From: Amoebidium appalachense
Lineage: Eukaryota; Protista; Ichthyosporea
Assembly (NCBI GenBank): GCA_963693365.1
Contig: CAVNZM010000016.1
Span: 281,341-345,340, forward strand
Reading direction: 5' to 3'
DNA: 64,000 bases
A program made the position numbers and the translations under genes. The notes below the pieces were generated by a model. It searched no databases, had not been told where the DNA came from, and saw only the letters and a list, made by a program, of their open reading frames with translations. Shown piece after piece: positions 34,857 to 53,239 of the stretch (positions within the stretch are counted from its first letter, which is position 1; every line of letters begins with the position of its first letter).

Positions 34857-36426
34857 GCGCGCGCGAACGCACACACACACACAGACACACAGATACACAG
34901 ACACACCCTTACCTCTTGCGCCCCTCCGCCTCAGAGTGGTGACTGTCACCCTCCATGTCTGCCTCCACAGTCCGCCTCTCACTGGGTGTGTATCCCAACC
35001 CATCCACATACACGTGTGCAGTAGGTTGCACGTGATTACGTTCCTCCGCGGTATAATGTTCATGATGTTGATTGCATGCGCTTGCACGTGGTAGAAGTGG
35101 TGCGAAAATGGCGTAGAGAAAGGTGAAAGCTAGCATAAGATACATTGTGGATGTAATTAAACACGCAAGACGTCGACGCTTCTGTTGAGTTAGTTCAGAC
35201 TGACACCCCGCTTCGGAACAGAGAGACCTTTGTATCCTTTGTTCAGCGAGGAGGGTAAATTGTCGGTGATTGCATATCGGTGCGTGGCAAGCCGAAAAAA
35301 ACGCGGTTTATTGATTATACTGGTGGTATAATACGGGTATTATAGGGGCACCTTTTATATGTTAATACTTGATTTATAAGTGTTAGAGAAGCATATAAGA
35401 CCTATGATGCATGCAGCTCCAAATAAAATACAATACAAGAGCTGTTGATTTGTTCTAGACTTGGACTTTGGTATGCAAGAAGCTCTTTTGCCCCTCGTCA
35501 ACTTTGACTCAAAAGGAATCCGCATCAAATTACAACAAAAAATTAGCTTACGTTGCACAAGTCGGGGTGGCTGTTCTTTCAAGTCAACGCCCTTCATCTT
35601 CAACAAGATATATTTCCCTATTTAAAGCATAGAAAGAAGCTTTATGAAGGTTTTTGAGCCATTATTTGGCTCAAGCATACATGCATACCATAGGCGTCAT
35701 GACCATCAGGCTCACTCACAGACTCACAGTGTTGATTCCGAAGATCAACAACCCATATATGGCTAACAACAAACTCAAAAATCACCCAATAGTTGATTAT
35801 GCTGCATTTGATTGGCTCTAGTCAAACACTACCCCATATATGGTTCATGTTTGAGGACGGTCGGTTACCGTCCGGGGGCGTGTTCTCCCTGTTCTCCCAC
35901 TTCCAACTGTACTGAGTAACAATTGTGCCACACACCAGCTTACATTCTGAGGTAGCAATTATTTTCAACTTCAGGGGAAAAGGTGTATGATAATGTACAT
36001 ATATATGCTCGTACTGTGTCTTGGGGGTCCCCAGTAACGTGCCAGTGTGCCACACCAAGGGTAAATTTTCAAGGGGGTCATGCACATATGTGAGGCCATT
36101 TGACGCCGTCCTGAGTGACTTGCAACTCGACCACCTCTTCTTGTCGTACAATAAGATGCTGGGGGGCTGGCTGGAGAGAGCTTCATGTTTAGTTTACGGC
36201 AACATGGACGCGAGGAAGCATGTGTGTATACAAACAAGTCTCGGAAGCCACTTTGCACCCGCGCCACGTCCATTTTCAGTGTACATGTGCACATGATGCA
36301 TCATAATAGGAATGCGTGCTCCGTATATGCATGTTCCCTCACTCTCAGGCCGCCTTGGGGCATTCAAATAAAGCTGGGGGGATGGGGTGGGCGTGGGAGA
36401 GAGAGAGATCTAGAGAGAGAGAGAGT

Positions 36427-36488
<62 letters not shown>

Positions 36489-37046
36489 CCGGCGGCTGAA
36501 TATCACGCGGTCGACTTTGTTTTGAACGATGTGATTGGTGGCTTATTTTATTTCCTGCTAAGCGCCAATGGTAACATACTTTTATGAAAGGGGTAAAACA
36601 ACCGCAGGGCGGTCCGGTACCGAAGAGTTTCAGCAATAACCTATATATTCAAGCACACCTTATTTTCATCCTCAAAAGTTTTAGGTTTTGTCTCAAACAC
36701 AAAGAGTATTTTTTCCAATAATTGACGGACCTACAGGTGGAATCTACAGGCATAGAAAGCCTTTAGCCAAATATAAAACGGCTGAGTTCAATACTTAATC
36801 AGATATTGTTTGCTCACTTTTAGGTAATCCAATCACCGACAAGCACATTCCTAAACAACTGTTGCGCCCGGGACCCCGGTTGCGTTCGCACCTCGCTTCA
36901 GTCTGTTTACTACCCCTTTCAATAGCCTCCAAAACAACGCATAATACAGTTTTACACACATACGGTACACCCACGCCGCAGGGTTGCCAATTGATAGTAA
37001 AAACAAACGTGCACACATGTTAACCACATGCAAAAACTAAACGAAA

Positions 37047-41799
<4,753 letters not shown>

Positions 41800-42479
41800 G
41801 AGAATCCGATTGGCCATATTTGGAAATCCGCTTTTTCCAATTCGGGAATTAGTGACGTTATGTTGTAAGTTTATAGAAAGCTTAAGGGAGGCAAGTGGTA
41901 GGCGGTGGAGAATCCGATTAGCCTTAATTGAAATACGGGGCTTTGATTTCAGTTGGCCATATTTGAAAAAGTGGTTTTCGATTTTGGGACTTTTGTCACG
42001 TTAGGTTGTTAGTTGACAGAAGGACTGGCAAGATGAGTTTTCCCCCCCCCGATTCTGCAAAACAGAAATTGCTTTTTTGGCTTAGGCAATTACGAGTTTA
42101 CCCTGTTTTTGCTGTAAAAATTATTCTATGGTTTGGGAGGTATTCCCATCTAGTGTGCACGTGCGCTAACACACATGCATACCTAAGGTTTATCTGTAAA
42201 TACATACACGGAGTCGTGGTTTTCCCGGTTGTTTTCAAACCCCGAGCAAGCTGTTCTATACTGTCGCTGACGCAGTGACGCCTGACCAATAGAATTGCAG
42301 TGTGAGGCTGGTTCCTCATACCTTTACCATATATGGAAAAAGAATGCCACGTGCTGAAAATACTTTCTGAGGTGAATTCCAAACATGAAGGAAACAGCTA
42401 GAAAGTTGGTTTCTCCGGACTCTGACTGAGGGGTAGAGGGGGGAGGAAGGGAGGGACGGAAAGGGGAAGGGGGGAGGTT

Positions 42480-42665
42480 AGATTTTGTATAATGTAAAGA
42501 GTGCACAAGGGACAACACACGTACGAAAATGCAGATTTTGCAGAGTAGCACACACATTGTTATGCATCATAAGCAACACCCATCCTCAGAAAGAGCCCAA
42601 GTCATGCAAAGCAGCTGAAAATAGACTCATCTATCACATTCGAAACCCAACTCAGATATACTGCG
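42480..42665 (-). repeat. Diverged copy of the dispersed structured repeat
   Basis: The minus strand reads tatctgagttgggtttcg...atgacttgggctctttctgaggatgggtgttgcttatgatgc. Confidence 0.65.
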
Positions 42666-43253
42666 CGGGGGGGGGGGGGGGGGGGGGGGGAAGGGGGGGG
42701 GGGGGCTGGCTCATGAAAGGGGGAAAGGGGGGCGGGGGGAGGGAGGGTTAAAGAGGAAAGTGGACAGGGAGCAAGGGATGGAGAGAGGGGAGGGGGGGGG
42801 GGGGGGGGGGGGGGGGAAGGGGGATAAAGATGTGGTTTGCAGCACAGAGTACGAATAAACGGATAAAAACTCCATATGATAGCGTTGTAAAACGGTCCAA
42901 CAACTTGCCGGTGAACATCGTATTTAATTGAATGAGCGGGGCTGAAAACCCAGCATGCATGTATACTTTTCGGTATTGTTGGAGGTGGGGGCTACCCAAT
43001 CCACATAGCTCAATTCGACAAAATGTTTTAGTAGTTTATTAGTCAGATCAGATTACATTTGAGGAATGAGGGTAACCAAAATGCTTAAAATACTCAGTTC
43101 AATTTCACCATATATGTATTTGTCATTCACATGTATTGAATTTCTGAAAACGAAACAAGCCGCTAAGTCATTATTTGACTACGCCTATACGAGATCAACC
43201 GGAGGTGTGATACACAATAGCACCATATTCAAGCGTTTTCGGAAACCTGTTGC

Positions 43254-43368
43254 TGTTCGAATACGTCACTACGTAGGACAGCAAGAGTCTTGAAGTATGT
43301 ATGTGTCTTAGCAAAGTTTGTTTGTATTCATGTCTGCTCTCCTTCTTTGTGCTCTCTCTCCCTCTCTC

Positions 43369-43415
<47 letters not shown>

Positions 43416-44173
43416 CCCCCCCCCCCCCCCCCCCCCCCCCCTATCTCTCTCTCTCCCTTACTTCTGTGTGCACAGATATCTGTAGATCTGTGCACACCTG
43501 GCTCTCTTGCCTGATAGAACTTATTGTATTTTATCTGTGTTTGCTCTCCTCTGTTTATCTGAGAGGTAGCGTGATTGGCTAGCTATATTCGTTGTCTTTG
43601 TTTTAGTTCAAAGAAGTTTATTTTTAGTTCACAAATAACTTATGACTCACCAATAGACGCGAGTGAGTACATCTTTAGATCGTGTTGCGCATTCCTGTCT
43701 ATTAATTTACGTGTTATGATTGGACAATAGATATCTATGGAATTCGGTTTATCGTAATGTGTCTTCACTTTGAGAGTGTCGACGATTAGGAAATATATCT
43801 ATTTAATCGAGTTTCTTTATAGAGACGAATATATAGTATGTGTGTATTAATAGTGACAAGATGTATAATTACTTAAGTTATTTAAGTAAGAATTTCTAAG
43901 CTTCAGTTATGTCGGAAGTTGGAATGTGTATGCTCTGTTGGAATGTGTCTTTCTATCATCTGATAGAACCGATTGGTTCTCCCCTTTTAGTTGAGATAAG
44001 ATGATAAGTTGCAAGTACAAAAAGACCTGAAAGCACAATAAAAGGTCAGTTGTTGTTTGAAATATTTCAAGTGTGGTGAACAGCTCCGATTGCCCTCTCT
44101 TTACTGTGTTGGTCGTGTTTTACTAAATAACACCTCTGTGCACTCTGCTCCCCTAGACCCGTACAAAACAACA
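43254..44173 (+). mobile_element. 5' LTR of Ty1/Copia family A (TGTT...AACA), followed by a Copia-type PBS
   Basis: Aligns end to end with the reverse complement of 44648-45596. It is followed immediately by ggttaaaggccca (44174-44186), which resembles the Copia GGTTATGGGCCCA primer site. Confidence 0.85.
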
Positions 44174-44292
44174 GGTTAAAGGCCCATTTTCGCACGGTCT
44201 CGCAACACATACTCTCGCTGCAATCGAAAATATTCAAATTTGAATACCGATCTGATTCCTCTCTCGCGCATCATCCGACTGATTGATCACCA

Positions 44293-44647
44293 TATGGAGA
44301 AACCTGCGTACCTCAACCTCACCCCCTGGAAAGGGGAGGACACCACGGACAAGAAGTCCGGCAAACGTCTCACCTATTATGAGTGGGAACCCGTCATCTT
44401 CCGGTACCTACGTACTACCACCGCAGCCAAGTTAGTGCCCGTCATCAAGGCCCCCGAGTGGGTCGATCCTTCCGACGAGAACGAATGGCATGGCTATGAC
44501 ACTGAGGAGGCCTACACCGAGGCTTCCAACTTCCTTGAACAGATGTTTACTCAACTCGTCTCCAATGATGAGCTGTATAACTCTGGTCAAATCCACGATG
44601 ATGTGTCACCTGCCCAAGCTTTCCACAACCTCCGCATGACCTATGCA
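44293..44647 (+). pseudogene. gag: N-terminal gag fragment of Copia family A, cut off by the inverted LTR
   Basis: ORF MEKPAYLNL...YYEWEPVIFRYL...SPAQAFHNLRMTYA starts about 110 nt after the PBS and ends exactly at the terminus of the second LTR. Confidence 0.65.
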
Positions 44648-45404
44648 TGTTGTTTTGTATGGGTCTAAGGGAGCAGAGTGCACAGAGGTGTCATGTAAAA
44701 CACGACTAACACATTAAAGTGAGGGCAATCGGAGTTGTTCACGAGACATTGAAAGATTTCATATAACAACTGATCCTTTATTGTGCTCCCGGTTCTTTTT
44801 GTACTTGCGACTTCAGTTATCATCTTATCACAACTAAAAGGGGAGAACCAATCGGTTCTATCAGAAGATAGAAAAACACATTCCGACAGAGCATACGCAT
44901 ACCAACTTCCAACTTAACTAAAGTTTAGAAACTCTTACTTAAATAAATTAAGTAATTTTATATCTTGTCACTATTATTACACATATATATTTATATTCGT
45001 CTCTATAAAGAAACTCATTTAAATACATATATTTCCTAATAGTCGACACTCTCAAAGTGAATACACATTACAATAAACCGAATTCCATATATATCTATTG
45101 TCCAATCACAACACGAATATTAATAGACAGGAATGCACAACACGATCTATAGATGTACTCGCTCGCGACTATTGGCGAGCCATCCTATTGAGAACTAAAA
45201 CTAAGCCACTTTGAAATAGAACAAAGACAACGAATGTAGCTAGCCAATCACGGTACCTCTCAGATAAACAGAGGAGAGCAAACAGAAATAAAATACAATA
45301 AGTTCTATCAGGCAAGGGAGCCAGGTGTGCACAGACCTACAGATATCTGTGCACACAGAAACAAGGGAGAGAGAGAGATACGGGGGGGGGGGGGGGGGGG
45401 GGGG

Positions 45405-45460
<56 letters not shown>

Positions 45461-45596
45461 AAGGAGAAAAGAGAAGAGAGAAAAGGGAGAGAGGGTAGAG
45501 AGCACAAAGGAGGAAAGCAGACACGAATACTAACAAAGCTAAGACACATACATACTTCAAGGCTCTTGCTGTCATACGTGGTGACGTATTCCAACA
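44648..45596 (-). mobile_element. 3' LTR of the minus-strand Copia family A element
   Basis: On the minus strand it starts tgttggaatacgtcac and ends caaaacaaca. It lies downstream of the minus-strand pol and is preceded by a purine-rich tgagttggga. It is visibly diverged from 43254-44173. Confidence 0.85.
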
Positions 45597-47295
45597 TCCC
45601 AACTCAAGGGGTTGAAGTTTGTGTTCTCGTGTCTGTTGATGTGACGGTAGATGAGGTCCAAACACATGGGGGGGGGGCCGTCACACTCAAGTCTCCCCAC
45701 TCGAGGATCCAAACCGAATATCCTTGAGGTGGGAAGGAGAAAACCAAAACTGAAGAGGCACACAACGACGGTTGCCTCGGAAGACTCGGAACATGAAATC
45801 ATGGTGGTTATCGTCGATATATATATATAGAGGAAACACTAGTGTATGCGTGACGTGTTGGTGGCTAATTGTAAAATTATATAAGTATTTCAGGGACGGA
45901 AGCAGAGACACAGTGGTGCAGAGTGAAAACACCACAGACACACAACAACAAAACACGGAACGATCGGAGCAGTGTACACAACAGACATCAATGTTTAGAC
46001 ACGACTGAACTCAATTTATTTTGATCTCGCATAAATACTTGAAATTCCCTTAAGTCAAATCCATACATGATTTCCGACCAGTCGGAAATCAGATCTATGT
46101 CTAAAATACCCAATCACAATTAACTGATTATTTCCCGGATAGATCCGGAGACACAGGAAGGCACACCGTAGGTCACAGCTATAAGAAAGTAATGAGGTGA
46201 AAAGTAACGAGGAAAGAGGTGATGTTTCTAACCTATCACCGGCTACAAAGACTCAGACATTTTCTGACTAAGTCTACTGATTGGACCTGAGTACGGCAAC
46301 ACGCAAAACAAAGTGGTTGACTAAGCTATGAATCATACATGACAAGCTATTTAAAGTGTAACCTAAGTGTTTTTCTACCAATCAAAACATAACGAGTAAT
46401 ATAAATTTACTCAACGTACTATAGTATATTAGTGAGAAAGAAATATAATTATGTGAAAGAAAACAAGGGAGAAAAGGAGAAAAGAAAGAAGGAGAAGGAG
46501 GAAAAAGAAAAGAAAGCAGGACAGAAAACACGAACACGAAAACACAGTTGTAACCGAAGATATTCATGTACACATAAACATGTACGCGTTTCTCCCTCAC
46601 TGGGTAGACTCGTGTACCTATATTAATCAGTCACAACGGTTGCTGTAATCGATATCTAAACACACGAATATAGCCGACACAGCACGATTACAACTTGAAG
46701 TATTCAAACACACTGGAGATCGATGTCATAATTTACGTACAAGGAGCACATCTTTTACACTAAGTAAATGAACGAAAACATAACACGAACTGAGAAGATC
46801 TTACAACATGTAGATACTACGTATTACAACACTAATGTTTTATACTGGGGACCACCCAGTTAAACACAAATCATGAACATCTTGTGGACTGATTTATAGA
46901 CTGGTAGTCAACCAGTTAAGACACGGGGAAGGTTCATCCCGTGGCTAGCTAGGTTTAGACTGGCAGTCAACCAGCTCGCCATGGCTATAGATAGTTAGTT
47001 ATACTGGGTCGCCATCCCAGTTCGACAGATATATAAGTCGAATATAGAAGAAAACCAATATATATGGTGTGATCATATGAATATAAATAAACTACGGATG
47101 ATGGAGAATAATCCCCACTGAAGATCATGTACACACATGACGATGGAAGACAGAGTCCCCACTGATGAAGAGAAACGAGGAGGAGTAGTAGCGGACTTTC
47201 GTTGGGAGGCATCTTGATCACCGTAGGTGTGTCAACTGCTGTCCAGGGCCCCAACCTACTCAAAAACCACTCGATGATGAACACCAGTGCACGGT

Positions 47296-50200
47296 TCAGT
47301 CATGGAGACTGAGGTTGGCATGGTGTGTGTCGTGGGCCGGACCAGCCAGAGGCTTGGTGAAGATGTCGGTCAGGTTCTTCTTGGTGTCGATGTAGGTGAC
47401 GGTGACGTCCCCACTGTTGATGTAGTCCTTGGTGTTGAAGTAACGAACGGCAATGTGCTTGGTCCGGTGCTTGATGGTGTTGGAGTGGACCACTGCAATG
47501 GTGGACTGATTGTCACAGTACACGGGGGTGGGCTCGGTCATGGGGTAGCCCAGTTCCTTGAGTAGATCACGGTGCCAGGCAACATCTTGCACGGCAGCAT
47601 TGAGGGCCAGGACTCGGAGCTCGGCCTCACAGGTGGAAGTTGCAGTGATCGTCTGCAGCTTGGAGTGGTAGGTGACGCCGGGGGTGCCTTCGAGGAGGAT
47701 AACGTATCCAGACGTGGAACGACGGGTGGTGGGGCAGCCAGCAAAGTCAGAATCCGAGTAGCACTCAAGGATGGGCACCTTGCTGTTGGGGGCCTTCTTC
47801 TTGTAGTAGAGGCCGAGGTTGATGATGGTGCCGATCAGGTAAGGAACGACACGGAGGAGAAGCTCCCAGGCATTCTTGGTGGGATTGAAGCTGAATCGGC
47901 CGAAGTAGCCAATGGCATACGAGATGTCAGGCCGGGAGCACCGAGCAACCCACAGGAGACGGCCGAGGAGTTCACGGTAGGGGACGGTGGTGGGCAGGGA
48001 GGAGAGGGAGGTCTCGTTGATGATGACGGTGCCCACGGGAATGGGGGTGGCCTTGGGCTTGGCATCGACCAGGTTGAAGTCGGTGATGATGTCCTTGATG
48101 TACGAGGACTGCAGCAGCTTGAGGGAGTCACGGGTGTACAGCAGTTGGGTGCCGAGGAAGATGTCTGGCAGACCGACCTTGCACTCGGCAGACTTCGTGA
48201 TGTGAATAACAAGCTCCTGCATGATGGTGGAGTACCGTGTGCAGGTGATGATGGCATCATCAACATAGTTGCCCGAACGGATGATGTCCCCGTTGGGGAA
48301 CTGACGGAAGTAGACACACGGATCGGAACGGAGACGGGTGAGGCCGTGGGCAACAAGGATGTAGTTGAAAAACTCGTACCATGCCAGGGAGGCCTGCTTG
48401 AGTCCGTAGAGGGCCGGGCCTTCTTGAGTTTCCAGACTTTGTGTTCGTTGCCAGGGAGGATGAAACCGGGAGGTTGCTCCATGTACAAAGTCTCGTCGAG
48501 GGGGCTGTTGAGGAAGGCCGTGCTGATGTCGAGTTGATGGATCTAGTGATCCTGCTGCACACCTACTAGTAGGGCAAGCAGGGCACGGACGGAGGAAGAC
48601 ATGACGACGGGGGAAGAGTTGTCACCGTAGTCACCACCGTAGACTTGGGTGAAACCCTTGGCCACACCACGACCCTTGATCTTGGTGTCACCAGTAGAGT
48701 TGAGCAACTTCTCCGTGACAATCCACTTGAATCGGATGATTTTGGCATCGGAGGGGGCCTCAACTACGTCGAAGATGTCCTTGTCGATGAAGGCCTTGTA
48801 CTCGGCAGTGAGGGCAGTTACCACTTCATCACCCTTGGGGCCAGAGCACAGCTTCTGAATCGACCGGGGCAGCTGAGACACATCAAGGCTGGAAAGGGAG
48901 ATGCTCACCATAGCCGTGGCAGGCCGGTAGGAGAGACGGGAGGAACGACGGGGGACGGGACGGAGGGGCTCAGGGGCCGGGGGGGTGGCTGGGACAGACA
49001 CTCGGGGGTCGGGGATGGGAGCCTGGAAGCCAGGGATGGGTGCCGTGTTGAGGGCGGAGTCGGATGACACGGGGCTAGACGGGGCCGAGTGGAACTCCGG
49101 AGACCCAGGACGAACCGGGGTTAGATGACCAGGTACGTGGTCATGGACGGCAGGGGCCGGCAGCAGGGGTTGCTGGCCGGTGGGGGGGGGGGGGGGGGGG
49201 GGGGGGGGGGAAGGGGTGGAGCCACGGGGGCAGGCACACGACGGGGGGAACGACGGAGAATCACCGACGGAATTTCATCGTCATCGGAGTGAGAATCCAT
49301 GGAATGCAGTGATGGATCGATTGAGGTCGGCTGATTGGTGGCCTGCACAGAAATCTGATTGGATGCCGTGGTGAATCGTGATTTGTCGAAGACGACATCG
49401 CGGTAGATGTTGACCATGTTGCCACGTAGATTCATGATCTTGTGAGCTTTGTTGGTGATATCCCAGCCCACGTAGGTGCCGATCTTGACGGTAGAGGCCA
49501 ACTTGTCTCGTTTTGATGCAGGGACGTGTACATAGGCTGGGCAGCCGAACACGTGCAGGTGGGAGATGTCAGGCTTGACACTGTAGAAAACTTCAAACGG
49601 TGTACGGCCATTGGCAGCTCTGGCCGGGGTCACGTTGATGATGTAGGCAGCATGCTTGAGAGCAGCCCCCCACAGCTTGGGGGAGAGGGAGTCGTCCTTG
49701 TCCTGGTGAAGGAAGCACCGAGCGATCTCTTGCAGATCCCTCATCTTACGTTCAACGAAGCTGTTGAGCTGGGGGCAGTCAACCGGGGCAAATTCCTGAA
49801 TGATGCCCTTGGACTGGCAGTACTGCTCCATAGCATGGGAGGTGAACTCGGACCCAGAGTCGGAACGGAAGTGGGTCACCACCTTGTCGGGTTGCTTGTC
49901 AATAGTCTCAACTACTAGTAGGGCCTTGACGTATTCGAGAGTTTCCGATCGATCACGGAGGAGGTACACGATGGTGTAGCCGGAGGCATCACAGGTACAC
50001 ACGAGGGCCACCTTGTAGCCACCATAGGAGGCACAGGGAGGCTCGAAGAAGTCCATGTGCCACTTGGCACCGGGGAAGGGGCACTGGGTTCTGGTGCCGG
50101 AGAATGGGGCCTTGGTGGTCTTGCCGGAGACACAGCCGAAGCAGTCAGTGGTGTCAGCCACTGAGAGGGATGAGGGGAGGCCTGTCACGAGGTCACCTCT

Positions 50201-51355
50201 CACCATCTTGGTGAGGGTCACGGTGGACAGGGCACGGTGGCTGAGACGGTGGTTTCCAGAGCTGGGGATCATTGTTGACCTTGACGTTGGCAACCAGGGC
50301 AGTGACGGACTCGCGAGGGATGGAGGGACGGATCTCATAGTCGGTGATGAAGTACAGTCCATCTTTGCCTGTGAGGGAACACACGATGTTGCCACCACGA
50401 GTGTAGAGGTAGGATGGGAATTCATCCTCATCATCGAGGTGGGCAAGGAGACCCGACTTGGAGGCCATTGAGGGTGAAATCAAGGCTGGGGAGTCGGGTA
50501 CATAGAAGGTGTAGAGGCTAAGTACTGATGTTACTCCGTTGTAGGTGACGGCCAGGTTGATGATACCACGGTGATGTGCAGTGACGATGCCGAGGCCGTG
50601 GACGTCGGTCGGGGGGCACGGCTCAAGAGTAGAGAAGTACTCCTTTACTGGGCACACGTGGACGTTTGAAGCCGAGTCCAGCAGGGGTCCATGGGTAGGG
50701 AGGCCGTGGTGGATACGAGGGCAAAATGCACCTCTTTACCAGACTTGGTGCTGGCACGGTGACGACGGGCAATTGAGCAGCCAGGTTTGGCACACTGTGT
50801 GGCATGATGGTCCTCATGACAGTAGGCACAGTCGAGGGAGCCAGTGGTCTTGGCTCGGGGTGGCTGATAATGACGGTTAACCCCTTTTCGTGGGGGGTAG
50901 GGTGACCGGGAACGATGGCCGGGGGAACGGGACCGGGAGTAATCACGGTCAACTGAGGGGGATCGATCGGTGGGACGACCACGGGGGTGACGGGAGACGG
51001 TGCTGTCACGTCGGGGGATCCGGTGTCGGAGGTCGTCCTTGGTGAGGACACGGCTTTGCAGGGCACGTGCTGTTCGGACGGAGGACTCGGAGGACCCGGA
51101 CCCAGAGTCGATGAGACCTTCACGGATCTCTGCAGCTCGGATGTCACTGATTAGACGGTTGTAGCTATATATCTCGTAGCTGATGTTACGACGGAAGTAG
51201 TCGGCAATCATGGCCTGGATGTCGGAACAAACTAACTTACGGTTCTTCTTGAGGTGGATGAAGAAGTTATCAACCATGGTCTTGTGAGGGATGGGCTCTT
51301 CGAGGATGTGCAGGGTAGTGCACAGACGGCCCAGTGCCATGGTGAGGTAGACAAC
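47296..51355 (-). mobile_element. Decayed Ty1/Copia gag-pol (gag-PR-IN-RT-RNaseH) with several frameshifts, 5'-truncated
   Basis: Zn knuckle CAYCHEDHHATQC; protease LLDSASNVHVCP; HRLSH...CFGCVSGK; integrase WHMDFF, RSDSGSEF, PQLNSFVER; RT KGRGVAKGFTQVYGGDY, YMEQPPGF; RNase H YSDSDFAG..RRSTSG, STCEAE, CDNQS, RTKHIAVRY, DIFTKPL. Domain order is Copia-type. Confidence 0.95.
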
Positions 51356-53101
51356 AGCAAGGTGCTAGCCATGACGGCAGCAGCCAGTGCTCTGGCCAGC
51401 ACCACCACCAGCGGCAGCAACAGTGATGACACCGGCATGACCGAGCCCATCTACTATGTAGCCGACGTGCCCATACCAAATTCGCTGAGGGAGGCACGTC
51501 ACGGTGCGTCATCTTTTGCACCACAGTGGGAGGAGGCCATGCATGCAGAGCTAGCCAAGCTGGACAAGTACGGCACCTACTCACTAGTAGACCCCCCGCC
51601 AGGCTGCAAGCCAATCAAAGTGCGATGGGTGTATGATGTCAAGACCAACGCCAACAACGCAGTTATCCGCTTCCGGGCCCGCCTAGTAGCTAAGGGATAC
51701 ACCCAGAGGCCGGGTCTGGACTACACCGAGACCTTCTGCTCCACCGCCAACCCTGCCACTACACGCTACATCATCGCGCTTGCTGCTGAGCTCGGCCACC
51801 ACCTATGCTACTTCGATGTGGACAGCGCATTCCTCAACGCGCCACTGCAGGAGGAGATCTACATGTGCCAGCCTGAGGGTTTCGTCATACCAGGCAAGGA
51901 GGGAATGGTGTGCATTTTGCACAAGGCCATCTACGGGCTCAAGCAGGCAGCACACGAGTGGATGCAGACTTTTGCTGCCGGCCTGCGCACCATTGGCTGG
52001 GTGCGCACCAAAGCCGACCCCTCCCTCTTCACCCGCGGGCCAGACAGCCCGGGCACCTTGACCAACAAGCAGCTTCGGTGGTGGTGCACATTGACGACAT
52101 GGTGTGCAAGGTAACTCCCGAGGAGGATGGCAACTTGCTGGAGCAGGAGCTCTCGGGCATCTTCCACATCAAGAAGGGTGGCAGCAGTTTTGTGGGGGTG
52201 GAGATCAACAAACTGAGCACTTGCGCCATCAAGATCCATCAAGCCTCCTACGCACAACAGGTGCTCGACCGCTACGGCATGGCTGACTGCCGCGCAAGCC
52301 TGTGGACACACCCATGACACTGGATAAGCTCAGCAAGACCCAGTGCCCAGCAACCCGGGAGGAGGTGGCAGCAATGGCCACCGATGCAGCTGTGTACCAG
52401 GCCATTGTCGGCAGCCTCATGTATCTGGCCGTGTGGACCCGCCCGGACAGTTTGCCGCCCCTGTGAGCGTGCTTGCGCGATTTCTCAGCAACCCCGGGCA
52501 GGCCCACCTTGCCGCCGCCAAACGTGTGCTGCGCTACATCAAGGGCACCATTGACCACGGCATCACCTACCGCCGGTCCACCAGCGCGGACACCAAGGGG
52601 CAGGTTGTTTGTTACGTGGATGCTGATTGGGCGGGAAACCCAGACAACCGCCGCTCAACGACAGGTGTGGTGTTTCTTGCTGCTAGGGGTGCCATTTTGT
52701 GGGCATCCAAGCTGCAGACCGTGGTGGCAGACAGCACCGCAGAGGCCGAGTATGTGAGCGCAGCCCGTGCTACCAAGGAGGCCCTGTGGTTGCGCAAACT
52801 GACTACCGCCTGCGGCTTCCCTCCTATTAGCCCCACCATCCTGCACGAGGACAACCAGGCCTGCATCAAGATAGCCAAGAACCCCGAGTTGTTCAACCGC
52901 ACGAAGCATATCGACATCAAGTACCACCTCACTCGCCACCACGTCCGTCGCGGCGACATTTGGTTTGTGTACGTGTCGACCATTGAGCAAGCGGCGGACA
53001 TGCTCACCAAAGCACTCGGGGGTGCAGCTCTCAACAACTGCAAGAAGATGGTGGGCAAGGACACGTGCGACAAGTCATCGCACAAGATGCAGAAGAAGTG
53101 A
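51356..53101 (+). mobile_element. Second Ty1/Copia family (B): RT-RNaseH fragment with frameshifts; gag, PR, IN and 5' LTR missing
   Basis: WEEAMHAEL, RFRARLVAKGYTQRPGLDYTETF, DVDSAFLNAPLQEEIYMCQPEGF, KAIYGLKQA, VHIDDM, YVDADWAG..RRSTTG, STAEAEY, EDNQAC, RTKHIDIKYH, ADMLTKAL. Confidence 0.95.
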
Positions 53102-53239
53102 GCGAATATTCGTGGCTATGCAACAAGGGGTGCGAGTGATTGTGTTTTCGTTAATATTTATTCGCTAATTTCTATTGGTGCACATTTATCCGCTAAGTTT
53201 TGTATTGCAGTATTTCGTGCCCTAATGTTGTAAGGGGTG

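Noticed and set aside
35822-36296. Overlapping 90-110 aa ORFs in non-repetitive sequence
   Set aside because: No recognisable domain or consistent splice structure; left unassigned.
43254-45596. DNA transposon or foldback element with long terminal inverted repeats
   Set aside because: The arms have TG...CA ends, an adjacent PBS and gag on one side and a linked pol on the other, so they are LTRs.
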